A DNA stretch of 64,000 nucleotides from Eledone cirrhosa (Eukaryota), in contig OZ024740.1 of assembly GCA_964016885.1 (NCBI GenBank), positions 128,836,001 through 128,900,000 of the forward strand, in the 5' to 3' direction. The notes beneath the pieces were generated by a model that saw only the letters and a program-made list of their open reading frames with translations, was not told the DNA's origin and made no database searches. How positions within the stretch are numbered: the stretch's first letter is position 1; each line of letters begins with the position of its first letter. Both the position numbers and the translations under genes were made by a program. Positions 25,728-40,202 of this stretch are shown piece by piece.

Positions 25728-27139
25728 TTGGTATTAGTAAGTGTGGAGTCCTTACGATGAAGAGAGGTAAATTGAGCAGACGCAACGGAATCCAGGTACC
25801 AACAGGTGAGATGATAAAGGAAATTGACACTAAAGAAGGATACAAATATTTAGGTGTTCTGGAGGCTGATGACATCAAGAACAAAAAAAATGAAGGAATT
25901 GATAAGATCTGAATACATTCGGAGAGTAAGGAGCGTATTAAAGTCACATCTGAACAGTAGTAATGCCATAAGTACAGTCAATTCCCGAGCTGTGTCTATT
26001 ATTAGGTACAGTGCGGGAATTCTGAGATGGAATGTTGCTGAACAAAAAGAAATGGATAGGAAGACTAGGAAGCTATTGACTATCTACAACATGTTCCACA
26101 AGAGGAGTGATGTCGATAGACTCTACTTAAGGATATCTGAATGTGGAAGAAGTATTATCAGCATAGAGGAATGTGTTCAGATGGAGAAAAACAACCTACA
26201 CAAATACGTAACTGATAGTAAGGAGCCAATGCTCAGAACTGTACTGGACGAGAGGACAAGAGACCAGGGGATGTCCAAGGAGGAAATAACAAGGAGAATG
26301 AGCAACCTTCATGAAAAATCCCTTCATAGTACCTTCTTTGAGAAAACTGAATTCAGAGATCCACAGACATGGAACTGGTTGAAAAGAGGAGACCTTAAAA
26401 GGCAACAGAAGGAATGCTAATGGCTGCGCAAGAGCAGGCCCTCAAAACGAAGTGGCTGAAACACCATATTTACAAGGAGGAGGGTAGCCCACTGTGCAGG
26501 ATCTGTGGAGAGAGGTGACTGTGGCTCACATTGTATTCGAGTGTAAACATCTAGCCCATACTCACTATAAAGGCTGGAGACATGATGTGATGGGCAGGGT
26601 GATCCACTGGCACCTATGCAAAGTAAACAATTTACCACATTCTGAGAAGTGGTATGAGCATAAGCCAGAGTCGGTGATAGAAATCGATCAGGTGAAGGAG
26701 CTGTGGGATTTTAGGATACAGACGGACAAGAAACTGGAACACAATAGACCTGACCTATTGGTTTTGGACAAGGAAAAAAATCGTGCCTGGTTGTGGATGT
26801 GGCCTGAACATTCGACACAAGTGTGCAAGAGAAGGAGAGGGAGACATTAACCGGTAACAGGACTTAAAGTGGGAGATGAAAAGGATTTGGAACTGCCATG
26901 AAATCAAAGTGGTCCCGATTGTCATAGGTGCACTAGGTACTATCTCAACAAGTTTCCAGGGATGGTTAAAGAAATATGGCCCCGCCCCGCTTTTTGGAAT
27001 ACTGCAAATAGCATGCTTGCTGGGAACAACAATCACCCTCCGATACGTCCTGAATATCTGAGGCTGCAGGTAGTGGCTTGATATTCATTTCATCAAACTT
27101 TCCAGTTAACTCACATCAATGACTGTGACTCAAAGAACT
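25728..27139 (+). mobile_element. 5'-truncated R4/Dong-type non-LTR retrotransposon (RT thumb, CCHC finger, restriction-like endonuclease) inserted in (TAA)n
   Basis: FGISKCGVL...YKYLGVLE, TVAHIVFECKHLAHTHYKGWRHD, WDFRIQTDKKLEHNRPDLLVLDK and VVPIVIGALG...LQIACLLGT; frameshifted; (TAA)n at 25707-25727 and 27139-27160. Confidence 0.9.
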
Positions 27140-27161
27140 ATAATAATAATAATAATAATAT

Positions 27162-27348
27162 TTGCTTCTACGTTAGGCACAAGGCCAGCAATTACCCAGT
27201 GCATTACTGGTACTTGATTTTATCGACCCCGTAAGGATGAAAGGCAAAGTTAACCTCGGCGGGATTTGAACTCAGAATGGAAAGGGTTGTAACTCTTTGC
27301 GGCAAAGCATGGCGTGCGACCCTCTACCGATACTGACAATCCACCGCC
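27162..27348 (-). mobile_element. SINE family 1, full-length
   Basis: Reverse-complement match; (TAA)n on both sides. Confidence 0.9.
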
Positions 27349-27349
27349 T

Positions 27350-27397
<48 letters not shown>

Positions 27398-27402
27398 ATA
27401 AT

Positions 27403-27665
27403 GATTTCTTTATTAACCACAAGGGTTTACATAAAGTAGACATTAAGGACAGTGCAGGACAATGCAGGACGGTACAAATGGGCATTTCTGCGTGTAAAAA
27501 AAACAAAAACAGAGGATGTAACAAAAATAACAATGAAAATAACAATGTTTTCTTTATTGAACACAAGGGTTTACACAAAGTAGGATATTAAGAACAGTAC
27601 AGGACAATACAGGACAATACAGGACGGTACAAATAGGCGTGTGTGTGAGTGTGTGTATATAAAGA
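27403..27665 (-). mobile_element. Two tandem 3'-UTR fragments of the Tx1-like LINE
   Basis: TTTCTTTATTAACCACAAGGGT...CATAAAGTAGACATTAAGGACAGT is the reverse complement of 48095-48150; repeated at 27550. Confidence 0.85.
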
Positions 27666-28873
27666 CCCCTTTCTGTCACAAATAACCCTGTGATTTGAAT
27701 CTAGAAAATTCCACCTCTTATGAACAAATTCCTCCTCTTATGCACAGTGGTCAGTCAAGGCTATCGGTATCCCCTCTACATGCCACCGTAGAGTAATGAG
27801 TATGTGACACCAGTGATGTCACATACTCATTACTATGTGAGATAAAATATCTTGTTTAAGTACACGACATACCACACGTTCCGCGAATTGAAGTCACAAT
27901 CTAACAATTGTATGCCCAACTCTCTAACTACTAAGCCATGCGACTTCATTGATATATAAGAAGATAGATGGATTATTGTTTTACTATCACTTTTCCTTTT
28001 CTTATTGTAAAGTGTTTGGCGTTTATTTGAACGAAATAGGGAGGCTATTTTTAAAAGATCGAGCGATCAGGAAGACACCTTTAGTCCTCTCAAAACAAGC
28101 TTTTTGGTTGTTTTTGTATCACCAAATCGGTCTCGATTGAATATTCATTTGATAAATATCATCCCAATACTGCGTGGTAAAACATCCTGTATGTTATCTA
28201 CTACATTGTACAATGTACCTTATAAACAAGATGATAGGTCGTGACTTGTAAGAAATCGGGATGATATTCTACATATACTGTGTGAAGATGGAGGTAAACT
28301 TCGCAGAACACAACAAAGAGTCACCATAAATCGACCCGCTCAAGGAATTAGCCCCATGAGGTGTGAGTTGCAGTGGGTGTCTCTGGACATTTTCGACGGT
28401 AATGTTTTTGCCGTTTTGTCGACGTGGTGCGTACATTCTGTTCCTCCCCATCTCCATTTCTTTCATTGCTTGATATTTTGTTGGGGCTCTTTTTCGTTTC
28501 CTTTTTTTATCACTTTTGCTCCCTTCAATATTGTGTTTTGTTTTGGTATAGATAGATTTGTAAAATAAAATAATATAGACTTCTCATGGTAAAATATATC
28601 CTCATACCTGTTACGGAAAACACCTACATTTTCAGGTAACGCTCTATAAAGGAGCATATTTTTATATCTCGCTATTTCTCTCTCTTACACATCCTATTGC
28701 ACAATTTCAATGAATTGTCTAGTATGAGGGACATTGGTGGCGTGAGTCATTTAGGGCGGGCATGATAGACAATGATAACAAGCGGTTAAAACGTTTATGC
28801 AATACACACACACACAAATCTCTCGGTCTCTCTCTCTCTCACTCTCTTACTCTCTCTCTCTCTCTCTCTCTCT

Positions 28874-28910
<37 letters not shown>

Positions 28911-29038
28911 TATATACAGAGATACATACAAAATCACATGCATACTGAGAGGCATACAACCGGCATGTAAATGCAGACACCTTATACTCTATATCACATA
29001 TATAAACTTGCAAATGTGTGTGTTTATGTTTATATATA

Positions 29039-29120
<82 letters not shown>

Positions 29121-32029
29121 TGGGCATTTCTCTAATATTTACCTATGGAATTAACCTCTGTAAGATTTCATTCTACGAAATACAAAATCATACATGAATA
29201 AATAATTGGAAATAAGATCTCTATCTTGGCAGGTATACTACGTACACTATAAGTGGAAAGAAACAAAGGAAAACAATCTAAAATATCAAAAAAAAAAGTA
29301 TGACATAAATAGCATGAAATGAATATTCCAGGTCATCAAGTTCTAGGTAAGATTTAGTTACATACGCTACTTCGTTTCTTTTTATCTTTTGTGACAGTTA
29401 GAAATAAAGCTGGAATAAGTATTGATAATTTCTTTTTGTTTTGTTTTCTTCCCTTTGATATGGGAAATATTGACTTCTATAGATCTCATTTTCTATTATA
29501 ATGATATATAATAGAAGGAAAGCGAGAGGAAGGGGAATAAAAAATAATTTTGTTTCTGGATAGAAAATGATGTCAATATTTGTCATATCATTATACTAGA
29601 ATGGAGTTTGAGGGACGGAACGGCAAAAAGAATGATATTATTGTAGCTTTTTACGTAAGAAAAGATCTGACATGAAACAAAATTAAACACTTTAATGAAC
29701 CACCCTACATGTAGAACCACCAAATATTAATTGTGTTTGTTATTTTATTGTATGAAACGTTACACGATTACTCACACTGTTTTTTTTTTTAGAAATTGCT
29801 ACGTATAAAAAAATCATACCATTAATAAAAGAAGATATATTCAAAGATTGCGATATTCTCTGAATGTCGATATATTAAGTATCAGTCAAGTGACCGAGTT
29901 TTGGTGGAAATGTTAAAGTATTGGACAGGGTGCTTTGTGGCAATTTCTGGTATTTTTCTGCTTTTCGCCTTCTGCACCCGGACTTTACCTCATATAATCG
30001 AAAAATATCCGACGATTCTGAGTATGGCAGAAGGTATTATTAAGAAAAATACCCATTGATACATTATTTTCTTGGTATACTGTGATAATCGAATTATTTC
30101 TATCTTTTATTGATCAAAATGAAAAATAGATGTATTTTCATGTATTATTATTGGCTTATTATTAGCGAGCTACAGGTATACAAAATCTAAAATCTTATAC
30201 AGTGATGCAACTACTAAATAAGAAATAACTATGAGGAAATACCATTACTAGAAATTAAAATTCCAGGCGAAATAAAATATCTGCAATCCAGAATCTTTTT
30301 CATATACAGGTGTCTATAAGATTAAGCACACAACATTTACAAGTACCCCCACTATCACACACAAACATTTATACACTCGCACAAACAAAAACGTACATCC
30401 TCCCATACACATACGTACATATACACACACACATATATGTAGGTGGGTTACTGATGTATATTGGGAGGCGACCAGAGTTAGAAAAGGTACTTAATACATT
30501 AGTAGTGCATAGGTATCTTAATTTTATGATAGAAATAGCTTCAATGGGATTAGAACTGTTTCATTCGCATGTTTACAGAAAAGTGACTTTGCAAGTGAAT
30601 TGTTACTAACGGAAGAGTTCTATTCCTGTAGAAACCATATCTGTAACAAATCATAGATGCATTTATCTATATCTATATGTATCGGTGGAATATATTGAAT
30701 AGAAGTCGAATTTGTTGAGTGTCCCTACTCGTTGACGTCAAATAATCATTGTTCGGTGATGTCAAACATTGTAATAATCTCTTGGAAACATTGGGTTAAG
30801 GAATGACTTCTTGCCGATTTTTAAATATCACCTTGATGGGCTGAATTTCCTCTTAATTTTGAAAGTTCTTATATTAGGGTTCACCAGAGAGAATGTTTAA
30901 AACACATTATATACCTTAAAAAATTGCCACTTTAAAACAATGTGTATTCGTTACGCATAGCATGAAAGCAATACATCATGGCTTACACTTGCCAGAAAAT
31001 AGACGTTAACATTTTTTAAACCTTTGCTCAACGCAAACTATTTAAAATGTTTACGTTTACTGAAATTAATATAACGGCGATGAATTAGTTTTGCGAAGTT
31101 TTTGATATGAAATCGTGTGTTGAAACAAATATTGTTATACTTGGGGAGGGTCATATTTGTGTAATATTGCAAGAATTAATAACAGAACACACTCAACTAA
31201 ATAAAGATGGCGTAGAAAATACAATGCAACGGGAGGAAACAATAGCACCACTGACGATGTTGCAGATGTGCAACGAAAGAACTTTGATAAACTATATATA
31301 TGTGTTTGTGTCTATATTGTATCTGTATTATTTTTGGCCGTTGATCAGTCAATGGGAACATTGAGAACCGAATAAATTAGATTACCGATATAAAAGACAC
31401 AGAAGCCAAAAGCAGTGTGTGTGTTCTGTTATTAATTCTGGCAATATTACACAAATATGACCCTCCCCAAGTATAACGAAATTAATATATATATACATAT
31501 ATATGAATAAGCCCAACATAATAAAAATCTCTAATGTTTAACCAAAGAAACACAAGAACAGCAATAATAAAAATAATAATAATACAATGAAAAAGAATAT
31601 TAATAATAAACAAATATTCAACTAAACAATAAGCTAAATATTCATTATGCATATGTTGGGCCAAAACAATGAAATAATAAAGAAAAATAACAAATATAAA
31701 AAAATGTGAAAATGCGATACTTAGCGATCAAAGAGTTATTTAATGATGAAAACTAGGAAGACGTAAACATCTGTTCTCAGTTAAAAAGTTTATACCCAAG
31801 TCACGAAGATATTTAAAGTTATAAACGCATTCATAGAAAGAGAAGGATTAATTAACTAAATTGAAAATACACAGACACGCGCAGAGAAGCTCACATCCAT
31901 ACACACCTATAAACCAACATACACATGCAAATATACATAGATGCACACAAATGCGCCCCCACGCCCCCATATATAACTATATATATGCATACACACACAT
32001 ACATATATATATATATAAATATATTCATT

Positions 32030-32062
<33 letters not shown>

Positions 32063-32236
32063 CTGTAAACAACACCGTGTAATATTCGTAAGTGATGGGC
32101 ACACAGTGTAATCAATATTTTATTTATGCATTGTTTAGGCACCTGTCAAACATATTTTCCTAAAATTTCAAGAATCTTCCAACTTGTTTCGCATTGCACA
32201 AATCTGAAAAAAATGTTTAAATATAATTGTATTTAC

Positions 32237-32441
32237 CTTGCACATAAAGAACGACTTGCTTAATCTTTACAGGATCTGTGTTGATTTGACACATATATAA
32301 GCCTTGATCTTCCGAAGTTACATCTCGTATGTGCAAATTCCAATTAGCGACATAGGGTCTTTCGACACTAACGCGAGCATCATCGATTACCCTTCTGTTT
32401 TCTAATGTAAGTAGGGACAGTTTTTTATCCATCCAAACAAC
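32237..32441 (-). CDS. Internal exon of an immunoglobulin-superfamily cell-adhesion gene (lachesin/DIP/IgLON-like, second half of the first V-set domain)
   Basis: Acceptor TTTTATTCGCAG| at 32442 and donor CAAG|GTAAAT at 32236. Encodes VVWMDKKLSLLTLENRRVIDDARVSVERPYVANWNLHIRDVTSEDQGLYMCQINTDPVKIKQVVLYVQ, with the Ig C-strand W and the DxGxYxC motif; phase 0/1. Confidence 0.92.
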
Positions 32442-32659
32442 CTGCGAATAAAATTAAATATTAATGTATAAATGATGGTAACAATAATCATTTCAAATAT
32501 CGGAACATTTTCATACAAGCATAGATGTATAGATGAATAAGGTCATTCCTATTACATATCAACTTTGAAATCGAGGGAGATAATGTTTACGCTGACCAGA
32601 CAAAATAACAAAGATTTCAATTCAATCTGTCTGTCTAATATGTGTGATCTATACCATGT

Positions 32660-32660
32660 T

Positions 32661-32696
<36 letters not shown>

Positions 32697-32713
32697 CATT
32701 ACTACTACTATTG

Positions 32714-32772
<59 letters not shown>

Positions 32773-32818
32773 GCTGCTGCTGCTACTACTGCTACTACTA
32801 CTGCTGCTGCTGCTGCTG

Positions 32819-32885
<67 letters not shown>

Positions 32886-32900
32886 GAATAATAATAATAA
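32660..32900. repeat. Compound (TAC)n/(TGC)n/(TAA)n microsatellite
   Basis: Directly visible; similar tracts at 38498-38720, 39755-39838 and 51267-51441. Confidence 0.95.
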
Positions 32901-35896
32901 TGCTAATAACTGTATCGTAAAAAGTAATAATTTCTAGAATAAACACTAGAATGGATATCTTGCACCATAGATATATGTTACAGATGGTACTAGGATTTAT
33001 TAAAACACTGGTCTTTCAACTGTTTACACAATGTACCAAGTGCACTTTCAAAAGAAAAACACGATTTTGAAAACTCAGTATAATGTGAAATGAAATACAT
33101 ATGAGAATTGAACGAGACAACTTTCATGATAGCGCTAGATTAATCTCGTAGATAGAATTACAAAAAAAGAGAAATCAATATTATATTAGGAAAGAAGATT
33201 ATAAAAAATTGTTGTAATGGAGTACAAAATAATAACAAATTAAAATAATATGTGCAAATTGTACTATCGAAGCATCCTTTAAAAAGAGAAATAAGTGAAA
33301 AAGATAACAAAACAAGATTAAGAGCAAGTGTTTTCCAGCGTTGGTACAAATACGGAAAAATATTTTGGTTGCAAGGAAATTGGAGAACCAAAATTGTGAG
33401 ATATGTCTCTTTAACAAATCTAAAAAAATATATATCAAACAAGAAAATTCCAGATTAATATCTTTCATGGATTCTATACTTAACTGTCTATCATAGCTAA
33501 GATGAAATTGAAAATATAAAACATCGGCAGTGGTGCCCAGCACTCAATGCTGTTGAAGACAGTTCTTAAATCGTTGCAAATTCCCAAAGCCATTACATCA
33601 GAAACTTTTCAGAATAGAACAAAACAACAATATGTAACTATTGGATAGGTGGTGACCGTAAAAATATAATAAATGATTCTGACCATCAGCTCCTATATAG
33701 AAATACACATTTCTGGAAAAATGTATCAGAAATAAGCAGTGGCAGAAAAGTACATTTCGGATGGCCTCAAAGAAAGAAAAAAAAAACATTATGTGGGAAT
33801 TGTTGTTTCATATGCCTAAGGAGATTAGGAAAAATGGTTTGCACGTTATTGGAAAAGCAAACGAGCAGAAACTATCTCCAACTCGACGCCTTAATTGCAA
33901 CAAATGGCAATATATCTTCTAAAGAAATCGAGAAATACAAATGTATGGTGATAAATATATTCAGAATATGAGGATTGAAAATAAGCAATTGTTATAATAT
34001 ATAATGATATTGCCATGAGGATGATTATAAAATGTGCAAACATATAAATAACTAAAGTATCAGACCTTATACAAGCACGGCATTTATAAATCTTCATCAC
34101 GGCATTGTAAAGAACTTTCAATACATATAAATATATTAAGACAGAAAAAGGAACTAAAACAAACATTATACATTCGTACCCAATACGCACGGAATTGTGG
34201 TCGTTTATGCAGTAAAAGCACGCAATAACACTAGATTACTGGAAAAAAACAAGACACAACTTTATGCTCTCATGAAACTTTGGTAAATTTAAATAAATTT
34301 AGCTTTCGTTCAATTCGCAATAAATTTTAAGTTGTCAGTTTAATTAATATAAATGACTTTATTCTTAACCGAATTTAGTTTAGAAAATACATTTTTTTAG
34401 TTTGCTTTAAATATAGTGCATATGCAGAAATATGTATAAGATTTGTATACAAATAGTGTTAGATAGATTTCTTTCATTATTTACAACGTGAACGAGAACG
34501 TGTAAAAGCCATGAATATTTCAACTGTTCATTGTGTTGTAAACATGAATTGGTGGTGGTGGTGGTGGTGGTAGGGTTCAATTTGAATTTTGATACATCGA
34601 GGCTAGTAAGAATCTTGAAGAAAGAGAATATATTAAAGAAAGTTAGTTATATAAGTGTTATATTTAGGGTGGTTAAATGGGACATTTGGCTAGGATACGA
34701 GACAGGTGCTCTAAGCAGCTGTGATCGGGCAACGTGATTAGGAATTAACTGCTATAATGAGGATAATGGACAGTGGACGAAATTGTTTCAGAATCACTCT
34801 AACAAGGCTGACATATCAAAGAATTCCATCGATGACCATCTTATCATTTTTCTCTGCCATCCATCCTGAGATATTATACTCAACTCAGATTTTAATGCTA
34901 TGTAGTATATCGGTGAATATTTGGCGGTGATGTATAGAATACCAATGATTTGGAGATTTGTCTGGAGGTAAAAGCGATACAACAATACCGTACAACATGT
35001 ATACGTGGCCTTTAGTCAATCAGTTTAAGGTAAATCACTGACTGTACCAATGGTGTCGATACACACAATTTCAATGAGGATTCTACTTTTAATGGATGGA
35101 AAGTAGAAACAAGTGTCTTTTGGTTTACACCATTTCACCCAGCCTCTCATTAAATTGATCTTATCCGAAAGGATAGTAATCTTAGGAAATACGCACCAGC
35201 ATCGCCTCTATAACAATGGCTATTTACCTTCTCTTAGTATATAGCATTGGATCTTAAGGCTTTCCGTTAGGGATGCAACGGTCAGATCTATCCAGTCAAT
35301 CTGCAAAGGTAGTATTCCTCACCTCTTCCTTTTCTTACACACGGGATAACACATCAGTTGTGGTAAAGTTGATATGAATAATATGGTTGCATTTTTGTTG
35401 CAGTTGCATTTAAAACATGCAGTCATGAAATGAACCACAATTATAAAATAATTTATTTACTAGCTACTGTAATACCAATTGAAATGATATAAACATTTAT
35501 AGACCCACCATCCACAAATGTGAGTGGCTCCATTAGTTATAAACACACAGTCCTGTCTGCACCACTGTAAGCAGTTTTATTTTGTATGCGGATATTATCA
35601 AGCTTTGCATTTTTATCTTGGACACATAATTTTCTATGGTCTTGTAATTACTAATTTAGCGTCATTACTTTCCTCTCGGCGGAATCTTTCTTATATTTTC
35701 TTAGCCACGGCCTATGGGCTTAATTCTGGAAGCCACGTAATATTTGTTTAATAAAAACAACACAAACTTGTTATGTTGACGCCGATGGGAAATGTTTCAC
35801 AATATCTCTATTTGAAACATAAAAATCAACAGGTCTGTTATGGTCGCATTATGAAATAATACTCAATGTTATGGTCGCATTATGAAATAATACTCA

Positions 35897-36007
35897 AAGT
35901 CAAATCCCGCCGAGGTTGACTTTGCCTTTCATCCTTACGGGGTCGATAAAATAAAGTACCAGTAATGCACTGGGTAATTGCTGGCCTTGTGCCTAAAGTA
36001 GAAACAA
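35897..36007 (+). mobile_element. SINE family 1, 5'-truncated, with TSD ATTATGAAATAATACTCA
   Basis: TSD at 35879-35896 and after 36007; a 30-bp local tandem duplication lies just upstream. Confidence 0.88.
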
Positions 36008-37048
36008 TTATGAAATAATACTCAGTACGGTTTATTGTTCTTCAAAGGAAATGAAATGTAGGATAATTACGAGGTAATTGTACTTAAAATTTGTCAATCA
36101 ATCGTCTTATATGTAAGGATAGACTAAAATATTGTAATGTTTAATCAATTTTTATTTCACGATAATGATATATGACAATTTACGAATGTTTAAATTAGTA
36201 ACAAACAAAGATTAAAATAAAATAAAAACACGAACAATATAAAAAGCAAAAGGAGTGATTACACCATGACAAAACCAGGAAGAAGAAGGTACTGGTAAAA
36301 TTATGCAAAATTGTCTGGGTGGCATATCACTGCTTTTCGAGAAAAAAGGTAAAAGCATTGACGTGCATAAGAGCCAGCGATAATTTGTGCACAAACCATT
36401 CCATTACATGAGGCTCCCTTCGCAGTCGAGGTGCATGTTTTCCGATTTTTGCGGTGCAAAGTCGCAGTAAACAGTTATGATAATGGACCATACGATGGTG
36501 TTCGGCAAGAATAGGGAATCTCGGTCAAATCCTTGTACTGCATATTTATATCAAGTTTGTTGTATTCATTATTATTCCTACAACGAAAGTTAGTGTTTTT
36601 TATTTAATCCAGCGTTTATTTAGGCGTATAATAATAGGCCTTTGAGAACAGAATATTAAAAAAAAACATCTCCGAATAGCATTTGGTAAACGATCAGATT
36701 CTCATCAGTATTAGTTGTAAACGTTTGATTCATTGTTTATATTTACTAATGCAGCACTTAACGGTATATAAACAATTGTTGAGATTAAAAATGAATTTGG
36801 ATTAGCAAACTTGGTTTAATTTTTATTAAATATTTATGCTCCACCGATTTTCACTCTCTTGCAAGCGATGCAGGTATTCATAGCAGGAAATACTTTTTAT
36901 TAGGCTCGGATTCCTGCTTATTCTTGACCACAATTACGCAACGAAATTTACGAACCTTCTCCGAAATGATAGTGAATTAATCCACTATAATTACTTATCT
37001 ATATGTATGTCTGTCAATCTATCTATCTATATATCTATCTATCTACCC

Positions 37049-37169
<121 letters not shown>

Positions 37170-38075
37170 CAATAAAGTATGTCCAGAGAATCATTTGATA
37201 AAATATATACATAATCACCTCTCCCAATCAGCATAATCAACCACACAAAAAAAAACAAAACAATTAAACAAGGCTATAGGATTAAAGGCATCTATGAAGA
37301 AATAATAGATAAATAAACGACAGCTATCTATCCGCGATCAACAGCTATTGAATATTTACCCACCATTTTTAATAGCACGTGGAAATTGTTTAAATATATC
37401 GTCAACCATACACAATTAGGTATAAAATCAAAGTTAGAAGAAAAAATGTATATAAGCATACCAAATATATATATATATATCACAAACTTTCTGCCTTTAC
37501 CACTGGCCACTTGATGGTTCTTAGCCATTTTTATTTCATTTCTGGCGGGGATCATTGTAGAAAAATCTTAGTCTAATTGAGGTATCTCCTGATGAGTTCC
37601 GAGCCTCGTGGATTAATCCAAGACCGGATATATCCAAAAAAGTGGAACGAAACCGCAGGGTGGTAGAGATTATGAGGATTCTGATAAAATGTATGTACAT
37701 TTTTTCTTCTAACTTCGATTTTATACCTAATTACGTGTAGTTAACTATATGTCTAGTCAATTTCTACAGGCTAGTAGAATTATTAGGTATATATCATGTA
37801 GCTGTACGTCGCGGAAAGGAAGCTATATCATTTGTCTATTATTTCTTCATAAGTACATTTTAAACTTATAGCCTCGTTTAAATGATTTTTTTGTACGGTT
37901 GATTTATACTGATTGGGAGAGGAAATACTGTATATATTTTATCTAATGATTCTTTGGACTTACTTTTTTATATATTACTCTGATTAGTAATTATTTAATT
38001 AATTCTTCATTGAGCCACACCGTGAATGGTTGCCAAAAACATATATATGTATCTATGTCTTTGTCTAATTTATAT
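37170..38075 (+). mobile_element. Fold-back element, family I: ~290-bp imperfect inverted arms (37170-37455 / 37690-37972), central hammerhead and ~100-bp tail
   Basis: For example, AATTAGGTATAAAATCAAAGTTAGAAGAAAAAATGTA pairs with TACATTTTTTCTTCTAACTTCGATTTTATACCTAATT; TA-flanked; deleted copy at 56418-56640. Confidence 0.85.
37584..37670 (+). ncRNA. Hammerhead ribozyme, family I (canonical type I)
   Basis: ATCTC CTGATGA GTTCC...GGAAC GAAA CCGC AGG GTGG TA GAGAT; all three stems and the core are intact; predicted GUA cleavage after 37665. Confidence 0.9.
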
Positions 38076-38587
38076 ATATATACCCTTTAAATTTTATATA
38101 TATATACATATATATATCATCGTTATCGTTCAACGTCCATTTTCCACGCTACCATGGGTCATAATACATATGCATACACACACACACACACGCGCACACA
38201 TACACACACACACACGTGCACACACACACACACATACACGCACACACATACACGCACACGCACACACATATATATGATCAAGGTAGATGAAGCGAACGGG
38301 ACCGCTCGAGAAAGGTAAAAAATAAATGAGATGAGATCAAAGACAGATGATTGAATTATTAGGATACTTGGGAAAATATATCAGACGTATATGTGTGAAG
38401 GGTGAACCGTATAAGAATATTATAATGATGACATATGTGATAAATAGCAACCACAACTACTATATCTACATAAAAAACAACTGCTATGTACAGCTATCTA
38501 CTACTACTACTACTACTACTGCTACTACTTCTGCTGCTACTATTACTACTATTACTACTGCTACTACTACTACTGCTGCTACTACCA

Positions 38588-38618
<31 letters not shown>

Positions 38619-38747
38619 CACTGCTATTACACTGCTACGACTACTACTACTACTGCTACTACTACTGTTATTGATGCTGCCTCTTTTACTACTACTGCTA
38701 CTACTGCAATTATTGCTACTGCGAATAATAACAAAAGTAACAATAAT

Positions 38748-39338
38748 TTTTTCTACTTTAGGCACAAGGCCAGCAATTACCCAGTGCATTACTGGTACTT
38801 TATTTTATCGACCCTGTAAGAATGAAAGGCAAAGTCAACCTCGGCGGGATTTGAACTCAGATCGTAAAGGGACGTAACTATGCTGGAAAGCATGGCGTCC
38901 GACCCTCTACCGATACTGCCAATCCACCGCCCTAAAAGTAATAATGATAATCATTTTGATAATAATTGTGATAATGACAATCCCTTATTTATTTCCTTTA
39001 AAAATAACTGTTTCTACTTTTGGCACAATACCAGTAATTATCCAATACATTACTGGTACTTTATTTTATCGACCCAGTAAGGATGAAAGGCAAAGTTAAC
39101 GTCGACGGGTTTTGAAATCAGACCGTAATGGGACGTAACTATACTAGAAAGCATGGCGTCCAACACTCTACCGATACTGCCAATTGACCGCCCTTAGTAA
39201 ATTTCCTTAAAAAATAATTGTTTCTACTTTAGGCACAAGGCTAGCAATCACCCAGTGCATTACTGGTACTTTATTTTATCGACCCCGTAAGGATGAAAGG
39301 CAAAGTCAACCTCGGCGGGATTTGAACTCAGATCGTAA
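38748..39338 (-). mobile_element. Cluster of three SINE family 1 copies (38748-38932, 39009-39194, 39219-39334)
   Basis: Reverse-complement matches; the third copy is flanked by TSD GTAAATTTCCTTAAAAAATAAT. Confidence 0.9.
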
Positions 39339-40171
39339 ATTTCCTTAAAAAATAATGATGTTAAAACTATTCCTTTCATTGATCCCTTGAGGCAAAGACG
39401 TTTGGGAATGGATGGTTGTAAAATAGAAAAGAAAATCTAACATCAACAAAGAAGCAACGTTGGATATATATCGAATAAAGTGTGTGAGATCAACTATAAC
39501 CCTAAAGCCACATTAATAAAGTGATTGCTATTAAGACATAGAAATATTAGAAGGGAAAAACGAACTAATAAGAAAATAACTCCAATATAGGACAGCTGTA
39601 GGCATTAGTTAATTCGGGTACACATAAAACACGAGATTACTTTGACAAAAGAATCCTTTCTTAATTATTGCCTCCAGCCAACAGTTGTACGATTACACTA
39701 GCCCCATTAGACTACACCTATTTTGCTACAATCACATACATTTTTTTGTTATTGTAGTAGTAGTAGTAGTAGTAGTAGTAGTACTAGTAGTAGTAGTAGA
39801 AGAAGAAGAAGAAGAAGAAGAAGAAGAAGAGGAAGAAATGAATAATAGGAATAACAATAGTAAAGATTAATGCTATTTGGCACACTGCTAGAAGGTCAGA
39901 CAAGGATCTTCAATAGTAAGTAGTCTTCATTGACCGATTTCATAGAAGACTTGACAAAATCATATCGATTAATGACATCATTAAAGCGTATGAATCAGAG
40001 AAGGAGGCAAGTTCATCTGAATGATAGATAACACAGACAGCAGTCCATTTCGACAATATTTTCTGTAAATTAGCGAGATGTAATATATCTTGAAAATGAG
40101 AATATTGTTATTCTTGATATTATACATAGCAACTATCCTTCAGTATACCTTTTTCACACACAAACACACTG

Positions 40172-40202
<31 letters not shown>

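Noticed and set aside
28230-28660. Minus-strand KKWRWGG as an RTE C-terminus
   Set aside because: Only one short motif; too decayed to call
35225-35420. Possible upstream exon of the Ig gene (AG|GTAAAT donor on the minus strand)
   Set aside because: The frames show no Ig-like peptide
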